Source of the DNA: Bacteroidia bacterium
GTDB taxonomy: Bacteria; Bacteroidota; Bacteroidia; M30B66
Assembly (NCBI GenBank): GCA_965279035.1
Contig: OZ257142.1
Coordinates: 960,001 to 1,024,000 of the forward strand
Direction: 5' to 3'
Length of the DNA stretch: 64,000 nt
Shown in pieces: positions 39,455 to 50,200 of this stretch. How positions within the stretch are numbered: position 1 is the stretch's first letter; the number at the start of each line of letters is the position of its first letter. The position numbers were made by a program, and so were the translations under genes. The notes under the pieces were generated by a model. That model saw only the letters and a program-made list of their open reading frames with translations, searched no databases and was not told the origin of the DNA.

Positions 39455-41418
39455 TTCTTATCAACAATTCGTTTCAAGTGAATTTCACGAATGGGTGAAA
39501 TGATAAGCGGAACTTTTTCCACATGCACGGAAGAAGTATCCAATCCAAAAGCATTTTCTTCTGAAAGGCTGATGCTCTTGAGCATAAAGTAGATATCTAG
39601 AATGATCTTCTCATAGAATGGAAGATCGTTCTCATTAGACAGGAATTTCTCAAGAACTATAAAACGAAAGTCTCCAATTACTTGGTTCCTATTGAGCGAT
39701 TCATAGCGAGAAACAATATCGACTTCTTTACTTTTCACTAAGTCTTGAACAACTTTTCTAAACATCAAATTGATACGAGGAGCTACACGGAAACCCAAAT
39801 AGAAATCAACCCGAATAACAGAGTCATTGATAATTTCATTTACACGGTATTCCATACGGTAAGGCTCATCAACCACATCTACATGGAGAAACCAATAAAT
39901 ATCAGCTCTCTTGGGTTGTTTCTGTAAAATCGAATAGATAATCTTAGATTCTACTTGGTTTTCATAATTAGCACTCGTAAGGAAAACTAAATGTGTTGCA
40001 TACTTAGGTACACTTAAGTCTTGTTTCAACTCACATAATAAATCGAGGTAATCGTTTAATCCTACAAATTCAACGTAGCTATTCCTGATTTTACGTGCAT
40101 CATACCATGCCCACATTATTAAAGCAATGAGTGTCGCAATGAATAATGAAATCCAACCACCTTCGGGAATTTTTTCCAAGTTTGAAACGAGAAAAGCTAG
40201 CTCAACACACAGATATACAGCTATAAAAGCATTAATTGTTAGTTTGCTATACCTCTTCATTCCCATATAATAAACGAGCAAGGTGGAAGTCATCAACATT
40301 CCAATGATGATTGTCATTCCGTATGCCGCCTCCATTTTACTGGATTCTTTAAAGTAAATAACGATCCCAGCACATCCTATAAATAATAGCCAATTTATGG
40401 ATGGGATATAGAGTTGCCCTTTGAGATCGGTTGGATAATTAATGCGGACTTTCGGCCATAAATTGAGTCGAATAGCTTCATTGATTAAAGTAAACGAACC
40501 GGATATCAAAGCCTGACTCGCAACTATGGTAGCTATTGTTGAAACAACAAAACCAGTAATGAAAAACCATTCAGGCATAATTTCATAAAATGGATTTTGC
40601 TTTTCCAGTAATTGACCTTCTCCTTTTAATAACCAGGCCGCTTGCCCTAGGTAATTCAGTAATAAGGCTGTTTTTACAAAAATCCAAGAAACCCGAATGT
40701 TTTGTTTTCCGCAATGTCCTAGATCGGAATATAATGCTTCAGCTCCAGTTGTGCATAAAAAAACAGCTCCTAAAATCCAGAATCCACCGGGATAAACGGC
40801 AAGTAGTTTAAATGCGAAGTAAGGATTAAGTGCTTCCAGTACTTGAATGTTTTCTATAATTTGAAATAAACCAAGAATTGAAAGCATCAAAAACCAACAG
40901 AGCATCACTGGTCCGAAAAGTTTACCAATCGATTTTGTCCCAAACTGTTGAACGGCGAATAAGACGAATAAAATTCCGATGATAATTGGAAGCGTATTGA
41001 TGAATGGATATTTCTCTTTCAAACCTTCAATAGCAGAAGAAACCGAAATAGCGGGAGTTATGATTCCATCACCCAATAAGGCCGCACCTCCAATGATAGC
41101 AGGAAAAAGCAACCATTTCACTTTGGTTCTTCTTACAAGAGCATATAAAGCGAAAATTCCACCTTCACCTTTGTTGTCAGCTCTTAAGGTTAATATGATG
41201 TATTTAATAGTAGTTTGAAGTGTCAATGTCCAAAAAATACAAGAAACACCGCCCAATACTAGATCTCGACTGATGATTCTTGGTCCGACTATCGCCTTCA
41301 TTACATAAAGGGGTGAAGTACCAATGTCACCATAAATAATTCCGAGAGTAATAACCAATCCCGCCAGACTGATTTTATTAAAATTTGAAGTGTGATGCGT
41401 AGAGGAATGTTCGCCCAT
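39445..41418 (-). CDS. kup: KUP/HAK/KT potassium transporter
   Basis: GIIYGDIGTSPLY, DNKGEGG, TGAEALYSDLGH and AAYG. Confidence 0.95.
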   Translation of the reverse strand: MGEHSSTHHTSNFNKISLAGLVITLGIIYGDIGTSPLYVMKAIVGPRIISRDLVLGGVSCIFWTLTLQTTIKYIILTLRADNKGEGGIFALYALVRRTKVKWLLFPAIIGGAALLGDGIITPAISVSSAIEGLKEKYPFINTLPIIIGILFVLFAVQQFGTKSIGKLFGPVMLCWFLMLSILGLFQIIENIQVLEALNPYFAFKLLAVYPGGFWILGAVFLCTTGAEALYSDLGHCGKQNIRVSWIFVKTALLLNYLGQAAWLLKGEGQLLEKQNPFYEIMPEWFFITGFVVSTIATIVASQALISGSFTLINEAIRLNLWPKVRINYPTDLKGQLYIPSINWLLFIGCAGIVIYFKESSKMEAAYGMTIIIGMLMTSTLLVYYMGMKRYSKLTINAFIAVYLCVELAFLVSNLEKIPEGGWISLFIATLIALIMWAWYDARKIRNSYVEFVGLNDYLDLLCELKQDLSVPKYATHLVFLTSANYENQVESKIIYSILQKQPKRADIYWFLHVDVVDEPYRMEYRVNEIINDSVIRVDFYLGFRVAPRINLMFRKVVQDLVKSKEVDIVSRYESLNRNQVIGDFRFIVLEKFLSNENDLPFYEKIILDIYFMLKSISLSEENAFGLDTSSVHVEKVPLIISPIREIHLKRIVDKNQA

Positions 41419-41728
41419 TACAAACGGTTAAGGAAAGGTAGATTTGAATTCAATGTTATGCGGCCGGAATTCTGAACAATAAAATGCTCAGCTAAAAGGA
41501 ATTTAAATGAAATTCACCACCAATAGGTGCTATTTTGATAATCGAAAGGATTAAAAATCGACGCAAAATTAATACAATGAAAGATGCGAAATGATTTTGG
41601 GCAAAAAGAGTTTCTAGATAACAGAATGTTAACATTGAGCAATTTTCATCAGTTTATTTACATTGTTTGTTGTTTGTATTTTGTTGAAAAGCAAGCAAAT
41701 ACAATTAATTTACTTCCAGTTCGGTTCC

Positions 41729-41785
41729 AATGTTAATTAAATGTTAAGCCAAAGTGATCGCAGAATAAATATTTGTGTAACTTTG
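41729..41785 (+). promoter_or_regulatory. 11-bp-period direct repeat and -7 element
   Basis: AATGTTAA at 41729-41736 and 41740-41747; TAACTTTG at 41778-41785. Confidence 0.5.
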
Positions 41786-41828
41786 TATTATCAAATTGTG
41801 TAAAACTTCACATAATAAAATACGAAAG

Positions 41829-42230
41829 ATGAAAAAGCTGCTGTTATTTCTTTTTGTTGTTGCATCCATTTCTTTAGTGGCTCAAAACAAAGAACTGACA
41901 ACCTTTTATGATAATGGGGTTGTGAAGAGTCGTTATGTTTATACAAACTCTCAGAATTACACGGTTACCAATTATTTCCCTTCTGGAAAACCAATGGAAA
42001 CTGGAAGTTTTGTGCAAGGGAAAATGGATGGTTCTTGGGTTACTTATAATGAATCAGGAATTAAAACTGCTGAAGCATTTTATGCTCAAGGAAACAAAAC
42101 TGGAAACTGGAAAATATTTGATGAAGTAGGTTCTTTACGTTATCTACTTTCTTATGATTCCAATAAAATTGTCAGTGTGACTAATTTTGATTCAGCAGGT
42201 AAAGCTGTTGCAGAATCTCATCCGCATTAA
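41829..42230 (+). CDS. Secreted MORN-variant repeat protein
   Basis: Signal peptide; repeats FYDNG, YFPSG, GKMDGSWVTYNESG and GNKTGNWKIFDEVG. Confidence 0.75.
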   Translation: MKKLLLFLFVVASISLVAQNKELTTFYDNGVVKSRYVYTNSQNYTVTNYFPSGKPMETGSFVQGKMDGSWVTYNESGIKTAEAFYAQGNKTGNWKIFDEVGSLRYLLSYDSNKIVSVTNFDSAGKAVAESHPH

Positions 42231-42252
42231 ACTTTCGAATAAAAAGATTTTT

Positions 42253-42280
42253 AAAAGCCTCTGAAATTCAGGGGCTTTTT
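42253..42280 (+). terminator. Intrinsic terminator
   Basis: AAAAGCCTCTGAA/TTCAGGGGCTTTTT hairpin. Confidence 0.8.
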
Positions 42281-42344
42281 CATTTAAATCAAGGTCTGCT
42301 TAGTCGGTTGAATTTCTAACTTTGGCCAGCTAAAAACTTGATTC

Positions 42345-43409
42345 ATGAAAGTTCATAATTTCAGTGCCGGTCCAGGAATTCTTCCACAAGAAGTTCTTCA
42401 AAAAGCAGCAGCAGCCTGTATCGAATTCAATCATTCAGGTCTTTCTTTATTGGAAGTTTCTCATCGTGGTAAAGATGTTATCGCTGTTTTTGATCGTGCA
42501 GTCCAACTTGTAAAATCGCTTTTAAATATTGGAGATGAATACGTTGTAGTTTTTCTACAAGGTGGTGCGAGTTTGCAATTTTCTATGGTACCAGCAAATT
42601 TCTTAAATACCAAAGCCGCTTATTTAAATACAGGTGTTTGGGCATCCAAAGCCATTAAAGAAGCTAAATTGTATGGTTCAACTGAGGTTGTTGCCTCTTC
42701 CGAAGACCGGAACTTTGCATACATACCGAAGTCCTATACAATCCCTAGTGATGCTGATTACTTTCATATCACATCAAACAATACAATCTATGGAACTCAA
42801 ATGAGGTCATTCCCTCAAAGTCCAGTTCCACTATTTTGTGATATGTCTTCTGACATTTTTTCTCATCGATTTGATGCTACACAGTTCGATTTGATTTATG
42901 CTGGAGTTCAAAAAAACATGGGTCCTGCAGGGGCAACTATGGTAATTCTTAAAAAGGAGATCCTTCAAAAAGTAAAACGCACACTTCCTTCTATGATGCA
43001 ATATGCCATTCATGTTGAAGGTGAATCAATGTACAATACTCCTCCTGTTTTTGCAGTATATGTTTCCATGCTCACTTTAGACTGGTTAGATCGGAATGGC
43101 GGTGTTGAATGGGCTGAAAAAAGAAACAGAGCTAAGGCAGAGCTCTTTTATTCTGAAATAGACAGAAATTCTCAGTTTGTTGGAACGGTTGATATTGAAG
43201 ATCGTTCATGGATGAATGCCAATTTCGTTTTAACTCATTCTGAAAAAGAAGAAGCATTTAAATCGATGCTGAAAGAAGCCAATATTAGTGGTTTAAATGG
43301 ACATCGTTCTGTTGGCGGATTTCGTGCTTCGATGTACAATGCCATGGACATTGATAGTGTTCAGGTTTTAGTTGATGTAATGAAGTCATTCGAACAAAAA
43401 AACGGGTAA
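42345..43409 (+). CDS. serC: Phosphoserine aminotransferase
   Basis: NFSAGP, SHRG, QGGAS, DMSS, AGVQKNMGPAG, YNTPP and GHRSVGG. Confidence 0.96.
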   Translation: MKVHNFSAGPGILPQEVLQKAAAACIEFNHSGLSLLEVSHRGKDVIAVFDRAVQLVKSLLNIGDEYVVVFLQGGASLQFSMVPANFLNTKAAYLNTGVWASKAIKEAKLYGSTEVVASSEDRNFAYIPKSYTIPSDADYFHITSNNTIYGTQMRSFPQSPVPLFCDMSSDIFSHRFDATQFDLIYAGVQKNMGPAGATMVILKKEILQKVKRTLPSMMQYAIHVEGESMYNTPPVFAVYVSMLTLDWLDRNGGVEWAEKRNRAKAELFYSEIDRNSQFVGTVDIEDRSWMNANFVLTHSEKEEAFKSMLKEANISGLNGHRSVGGFRASMYNAMDIDSVQVLVDVMKSFEQKNG

Positions 43410-43412
43410 ACA

Positions 43413-44387
43413 ATGGCATTTAGAAGAGTATTAGCCAATGATGGTATAGACAATTTGGGGAAGAAATTACTTGAAGATGCAGGCTTTTTTGTCGAAACGA
43501 ACAAAGCTCCAGAGGGTAAACTTTCTGAAACAATCAATCAAGGTAATTTTGATGTTTTACTTGTCCGTAGTGCGACCAAAGTGACGGCCGCGGTATTAGA
43601 CGAATGTCCAAATCTTCGATTAGTTGGTAGAGCTGGTGTTGGAATGGATAATATCGATTTAAAACATGCTGAACTGAAAGGAATTAAAGTGGTAAATACT
43701 CCTGCTTCATCTTCGCAATCGGTTGCAGAATTAGTATTTGCTCATCTATTTTCAGGAATACGGTTTCTTCAGGATTCTAATTTCCAAATGCGTTCTCAAG
43801 GAGCAACACATTTTGCTGAATTGAAGAAAAAATATGGTGCTGGAATAGAACTCCAAGGGAAAACAATGGGCATTATAGGGTTTGGACGAATTGGTCAAGC
43901 AGTAGCTCGAATGGCCATTGGATTGGGAATGAATGTCGTTGCATCCGATCCATTCATTAATGAAGCTACGATTATACTTCATATCAAACCAACTTCTCAA
44001 GATGTTCCAGTTAAAATCGTGACGAGTAGTTTGGATGAGGTTTTAGAAAAAAGTGATTTCATCAGTATACATGTTCCCGGTAAAATCAATGGGAAAGCCT
44101 TGATCGGTGATGTTGAACTTAATAAAATGAAATCGGGTGTTGGACTAGTCAATGCAGCACGTGGAGGAGTGATTGATGAAGATGCCCTACTTGCTTCATT
44201 AGCTAGTGGAAAAGTAGCTTTTGCAGGTTTGGATGTTTTTGAAAACGAACCCAATCCACGGCTTGATTTACTCGAAAATAATCGTATTTCTGTTTCACCT
44301 CATATTGGAGCAGCAACACAAGAAGCTCAAGAGCGAATCGGTCGTGAAATGGCAGATAATATCATTCAATTTTTCGCAAAAGTTTAA
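43413..44387 (+). CDS. serA: D-3-phosphoglycerate dehydrogenase
   Basis: VRSAT, RAGVGMDNID, GFGRIG, NAARGG and PHIGAAT; follows serC. Confidence 0.88.
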   Translation: MAFRRVLANDGIDNLGKKLLEDAGFFVETNKAPEGKLSETINQGNFDVLLVRSATKVTAAVLDECPNLRLVGRAGVGMDNIDLKHAELKGIKVVNTPASSSQSVAELVFAHLFSGIRFLQDSNFQMRSQGATHFAELKKKYGAGIELQGKTMGIIGFGRIGQAVARMAIGLGMNVVASDPFINEATIILHIKPTSQDVPVKIVTSSLDEVLEKSDFISIHVPGKINGKALIGDVELNKMKSGVGLVNAARGGVIDEDALLASLASGKVAFAGLDVFENEPNPRLDLLENNRISVSPHIGAATQEAQERIGREMADNIIQFFAKV

Positions 44388-44392
44388 TCATC

Positions 44393-45637
44393 ATGGCGAA
44401 ACTGTTTCCTTTCAAAGGAATTTTGCCTTCTCCTGAAATCACTGAGCAGGTTGTATCTCGTCCATTTGATAAATACTCAAAAAAGGAAGTACAAGAAATT
44501 GTCAATGAAAACCCGAATTCGTTTCTCAATATTATAAAACCGGAGTTAGCTAATGGAAAAAGCACTCGTCCAGATAATCCGGAAGCTCAATTAAAGAGCA
44601 GAGAAAAATTTGAGACATTTCTAGCCAATCATATTTTAGAACAATCTAGTCAGAACAACTATTACATATATCGTCAGGTAAAACCCAGCTTTACCTATAC
44701 TGGAATTATTGCGACAATTTCGAGCGCTGATTACCATAATGGAGTCATTAAAATTCACGAGCAAACATTAGCTCCCAAAGAAGAAAAGCTCAAAGATTAT
44801 CTTCGTGTTGTTGGAATTAATGCTGAGCCTGTGATGTTCACGTATCCGCATCAATCGACAATTGATGAATTAGTGAATGAACTTACCAAATCAAAACCCT
44901 ATGCTGCTTTTCATTTCGATGATAAAGAGCATTTTCTATGGGAGGTTTCTGCTAAAGAATCTATTGAACGCATTCAAATTGCATTCGAATCAATTGAACG
45001 AGTTTATGTCGCTGATGGTCATCATCGTTCTGCTTCATCCGTTTTATTGTCCGAAGAACTAGCTGCCGAAACTGGAGATAGTTCAGGCGAAGCTCCTTGG
45101 AGTCGGTTTTTAGGAATTTTTCTTCCTGATCATAATCTTCAACTCTTTGAGTTTAATCGTTTGGTAAAAGATACAGCTGGCTTGACTGTATTAGAAATAG
45201 TAGATCAACTTGCGGATGATTTTGAAATTCAATTAGTAGATCAAGCTGTATATAAACCACATGCGCTTCATGAAATTTCCATGTATGCACAAGGTCATTG
45301 GTATAGCCTGAAGTTGAAACATGATAGACAAAATTCTCAACTTGAAAATAAGCTCGATGCGAATCTTTTAAGCAAGCATATTTTGGGTCCGGTGCTTCAA
45401 ATATTGGATTTACGAAATGATGATCGCGTTTCTTTTTTAAGTGGAATTCAAGGTGCTGAAGAGCTTAAACGGCAAGTCGACAAAGGGAATTATGCGGTTG
45501 CATTTGGATTGTATCCTGTGAGTATGGAGCAATTCTTTTCTTTTTCGGATCATGGTAAAATAATGCCACCTAAAACCACTTGGTTTGAGCCTAAGCTCTT
45601 AAATGGTCTTGTGATCTACGATATCGGACAACACTAA
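44393..45637 (+). CDS. DUF1015 family protein
   Basis: IHEQT, YVADGHHR and MPPKTTWFEPKL; typical position after serC-serA. Confidence 0.88.
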   Translation: MAKLFPFKGILPSPEITEQVVSRPFDKYSKKEVQEIVNENPNSFLNIIKPELANGKSTRPDNPEAQLKSREKFETFLANHILEQSSQNNYYIYRQVKPSFTYTGIIATISSADYHNGVIKIHEQTLAPKEEKLKDYLRVVGINAEPVMFTYPHQSTIDELVNELTKSKPYAAFHFDDKEHFLWEVSAKESIERIQIAFESIERVYVADGHHRSASSVLLSEELAAETGDSSGEAPWSRFLGIFLPDHNLQLFEFNRLVKDTAGLTVLEIVDQLADDFEIQLVDQAVYKPHALHEISMYAQGHWYSLKLKHDRQNSQLENKLDANLLSKHILGPVLQILDLRNDDRVSFLSGIQGAEELKRQVDKGNYAVAFGLYPVSMEQFFSFSDHGKIMPPKTTWFEPKLLNGLVIYDIGQH

Positions 45638-46311
45638 TGATGAGCTCAGTTAGTCAACGTATAGTAGAAATTCGTCATTCCCTTCCAAGCGGTGTTGAGC
45701 TTTGTGCAGTTTCTAAAACAAAACCAGTTGCTCTCATTGAAGAGGCATATCAGGTTGGACAACGAATTTTCGGAGAGAATAGGGTACAGGAATTAGAAGA
45801 GAAAGCCAATCTTCTTCCAAAAGATATTCAGTGGCATTTGATAGGGCATCTGCAAACAAATAAGGTAAAATATATTGCTTCATTCGTTTCGATGATTCAT
45901 GCTGTTGATGATGAAAAATTATTAGAAATCATTGATAAGGAAGCCCGAAAACACAACAGAATAATTGACTGTTTGATTCAGATTCATATTGCAGAAGAGG
46001 AAAGTAAATTTGGATTTTCAGAAGAAGAAGCTTTACAATTCTTTCAATCAGGAAAATGGAAATCTCTAAAAAACGTTCAGCTGAGAGGACTCATGGGAAT
46101 GGCAACATTTACTGAAGATTCGGAAAAAATCAGAATGGAATTTAGAGGACTTCATCACTTTTTTCTGAAAATGAAATCAGAATGTATGTCACAAGAATCT
46201 TCCTTTGATCAACTTTCCATTGGAATGAGTGGAGATTATAAAATTGCTATCGATGAAGGCAGCACACTCATTCGAGTAGGTAGTTCTATTTTTGGTGATC
46301 GTTCTTATTGA
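45637..46311 (+). CDS. yggS: PLP homeostasis protein
   Basis: AVSK, FGENRVQE, WHLIGHLQTNK, GMSGD and RVGSSIFG. Confidence 0.95.
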   Translation: MMSSVSQRIVEIRHSLPSGVELCAVSKTKPVALIEEAYQVGQRIFGENRVQELEEKANLLPKDIQWHLIGHLQTNKVKYIASFVSMIHAVDDEKLLEIIDKEARKHNRIIDCLIQIHIAEEESKFGFSEEEALQFFQSGKWKSLKNVQLRGLMGMATFTEDSEKIRMEFRGLHHFFLKMKSECMSQESSFDQLSIGMSGDYKIAIDEGSTLIRVGSSIFGDRSY

Positions 46312-47276
46312 GCGATTATCAATTTTGATGAGTGAACAATTCCTTCCTGTTGAAATGTGAGGAAATAAATTCCTGAGTTCAATTCATTGGGAATTCCCAC
46401 CATTCGATTTGATGTAGTTCCTTTTAGAACCACTTTCCCTGTAAAATCTATAAGTGAAAAATTCACTTCGTTTCTGATTCCTTTAATGTAAAACACTCCC
46501 GAACTTGGATTGGGGAAAATTGAAATACTTGAAGATGATAGATTTTCAAATCCAAGGGAGTTTGGAGTATTGTGATTGCCAGCTGTAACCGATGCTCCCG
46601 TTGGAAAATTAGCACTTATTTCTAATGGATCAAAAGTCGTATTCGTTATTAAATCTCCATTATACCAAGCTGGTTTTGAAAAAGGAGTTGTATTTCCATA
46701 GAAACGAACAGCTGCATCAGGAGTTCCTGCCGATTGAGTTAATGTAACACCTCCATAGATAAGTGCTGTTAAATCTCCATTTGTCCAACCTACTGCATCT
46801 TGTAAAACGGCTCCTGAAGGAAGATCTAAAGTGCCATCGTTGTTGGTATCATAATCAGCATTATGTACCATGGGTATGGGGCTATATATAACTGTAAATG
46901 TTGTATTCCCGTTTTCTAAGATACCACCAGGAATACCAAATGAAAGAGTGTCTTTGACTGTTGTTTCTGCGGGTAAGTTTGGATAACCAAGAGTAGTTCC
47001 GATGAAAATCAATCCGTTTGAACCGATTGTAATATTGTTCAATGGAATCACTAAATCGCAATTTCCTGCTGAAGCTGAATCTCCCTCGAATACACACACA
47101 TAAATTTTGTTTAAAGTGGTACCTGGAGTTCCTTTTAATTCAATAAACTCGTAAGGATCGTCTGATCCTGCTGGGTTGACAACAATTTCATTCAAGAGCA
47201 ATTGTGCATTTGAATGAGAATGAATAAATAGAAAACAACTTGTAATAAGAACAGAAATCGAATGGTATAGTTTCAT
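46305..47276 (-). CDS. Lamin-tail-like domain protein with T9SS type A CTD
   Basis: LLNEIVVNP...EFIELKG; IFPNPSSG...GIYFL...KLII. Confidence 0.78.
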   Translation of the reverse strand: MKLYHSISVLITSCFLFIHSHSNAQLLLNEIVVNPAGSDDPYEFIELKGTPGTTLNKIYVCVFEGDSASAGNCDLVIPLNNITIGSNGLIFIGTTLGYPNLPAETTVKDTLSFGIPGGILENGNTTFTVIYSPIPMVHNADYDTNNDGTLDLPSGAVLQDAVGWTNGDLTALIYGGVTLTQSAGTPDAAVRFYGNTTPFSKPAWYNGDLITNTTFDPLEISANFPTGASVTAGNHNTPNSLGFENLSSSSISIFPNPSSGVFYIKGIRNEVNFSLIDFTGKVVLKGTTSNRMVGIPNELNSGIYFLTFQQEGIVHSSKLIIAQ

Positions 47277-50200
47277 CAGCGGGTCAATACAATTTTACCA
47301 GTAGCAGTTTCGAAATAATCTTTTTTCAAATAATAATTGAGCACATAGTAATACACACCCTGCGGTAAATCAACATTGGCCTGTTTACCATCCCATTTAA
47401 AATCAAGGTTATTGGATTGATATAATTCTTCACCCCAGCGATTGTAAATCATCACATTCCCTTTTAAAACAGTTTCAGTGTGGTAGCATTGAAACCATTC
47501 ATTTAATCCATCACCATTAGGAGTAAATGCAGTTGGAATATACATCGTTTGAGGAATTATCTCTTTCAACAAGAAATGAGCAGTGAGTGTATCTGTTGTA
47601 TCTACAATGCAGCCATTTACACTCATGCTTGAATCATCAGAAAGCACTGTATTTTCTAATGTCCAATGACTGAATAAATAGATATCTGTTGGATTTGCAT
47701 CCGTAGTAACTGGTGTTCCAGGAAAGTACTCGAATGTTGTTGGATAATTTTGAATCCAAGTTCCATTGATGTTTACAGTTCCTGCGCCGGGAGGATCAAC
47801 TAGTACTGTAAGAAACCAGGTTTGAAGAGGTTTGAAATGAATAATGATTGTATCAGTTGAATCTGAGATAAATGAAGCATCAATTGTAGCGGAATCGGGT
47901 GTGAACGGATGATATGAAGATTCATACCAAACAAATTCATAGTTTGTTGAAGGTGTTGCCGATAAACTCAGTGAAAAACCTTCATTGTATGTTGTTGTGT
48001 ATGGATAGGATGCTGGGCTAATACCATTGATTGATATAGTTCCTGATCCAGGAGGTTCAACAATATAAGTGATGGTATTTATTTCAATCACTCTAAAATG
48101 AGCAACAATACTATCTGAAGCTTGAATCATGAAACTATTGAGCGCATCGGTACTATCTGTAGTGAGATCACTGTGAAATATTTCCCAATACCAGAATTCA
48201 TAGTTCGTTGCTGGAGTAGCTTCTATCTCACCTTCGACACCTCCAAAGTATGTTCCTGACCAAGGATAGCTAGCAATATTCAATTCATTAAATCGAATTG
48301 TTCCACTCGCAGCTGGTGAAACATTAAAAGCAAGATTGAATGGACCATTTACATCGTAGCAATTAATTACTCCTTGATTAGCAATGTATTGACAACGATT
48401 AGAAATCTGATTTCTCATATACGACAAATGCGATTGCCATTCAGTCATCGTTCCGCCCCATCGAGTAATTTGATTGGACATTTCAGGAGTTATATGATTG
48501 ACTATACTATCGAAATGAGCTAGAGCAAAATCACAATTTAAGTATGTACTTATCATTTCAGCATACCGATTTACAAAACGTTGTTTGAAAGCCGGATTTG
48601 CCATGAGTCTGTTATAGATATCCAAATGACCTTCATCGGGTCCCGCATTTTGGAAATTATTATCTAATGCACATGGATCTGTTGTATAATCTGTAGAAGG
48701 CCAACCTGAATAATTTTGACCAAGATCAAAGGTATTATCCATGTCCCATAAAGCGTATTTCCATTTTACGTTGGGAGTGCCTCTACCTCGCCACCACATG
48801 GTATTCCAATTAATCCAATCGGAATTTACAGCCCATGAATTCAAAATGATATAATCAATAACACTCGCTAAATCGAGTCTTGAAGCAACACTATTATAAT
48901 TCGCATTGATGGAAAGATCATTACTCATGATATATCCATAGAGATCATTCCAATCGGTATCGCTACCATAACGAACGGTTAATCCTCCCCAAAATGAAAG
49001 CAAGTCTAAATCTTCTTCCTTTTGATTCCAGTAATAGTTGGTGTAATCAGGATCATTTACTTTTTCACGAATCTCATAAAGTCCCCAATATTGACCATTG
49101 ATGTAAAGAGCACAATGATCGTTAGTACGAAGGTCAACATTCATGTGAGCCGTTTGAGCTAAGGATTGAATGTATGCATCACGAAGATGACAACCACCGC
49201 CACTTCCCCAAGTAAAAGGATAATTATCAGAAGCAGCTGCTTTAAGAATTAATCGTTGAAACTGAGCACGTGGTTTTGTTGGGAAAACTTGATAATCTAT
49301 TTTATCGTCATACCCTAGTTGATCACGAACGATAAAGTCAACCCCTTTTTGAGGATATGCCCAGCTATCATTTCCATGGCCATTCACATCACCATACGAT
49401 TCGAATTGTTGAGTTCCAGAACTAGTGAAATACTCAATGGTTGAGTTAATTTCTTGAACTCCACTATTGAATAGATTCGTGTATTGATCGGATGATAATG
49501 AAACAATTGGAATAGTATGACTAACGCCAATAAGGTAAGTATTGGTTTCAGTAAATCCTGCTAAAATGCTTGCAGAGGCAGGGAAAGCTCTCGCCCTAAG
49601 TGCAGTTGAAGTGCTAATAGCAATAGGAGCAGAATAACTTGCAGATGTGGTTGTTGGTTCAGAACCATCCGTTGTATAGCGAATGGTAACACCAGCATCG
49701 GGAGAGCTAAGACTAACATTGATAGCTCCTGGGTAAATTCCAGCAGCTAAGCTCATGGTTGGAGTTGTTGTGTAGGATGTATATCCTGTTCCGTTTGCAG
49801 TTCCTGGTGTTGGTGTTGCAAAAATCCCCCAGGTTGCTGAACCATTGGGAATTCTTCCGCGTGAATTATTCGCTCTTGCTGGAGTAGTTATTACTTGATC
49901 TGTTATTGCTCCACCAGCATCAGCAAAAATGATTGTTTCATTATTCGTTTGCGTGAGTTTGAAATTCGTGTGAAAACTCAATCCAGTTGAAATGTCTCTC
50001 CCAGAAGCAAAAAATATCATGTACCCATTCGAAGCGATCGTTGTACCCGCTGGAATTTGCCACTTTGTAGGATTCGCAACATTATCACTGAGGAAATTAC
50101 CTCCAATGTTTATCGCAGCACCTGTTGGATTATATAATTCAATCCAATCTTCATAATTTCCATAATCATCTGCTATCGTCGAAATATTAGAACAAGAAAA

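Noticed and set aside
41829-42230. YwqK-like antitoxin of a toxin-antitoxin pair
   Set aside because: Only generic MORN-variant repeats with a signal peptide; monocistronic and no adjacent toxin.
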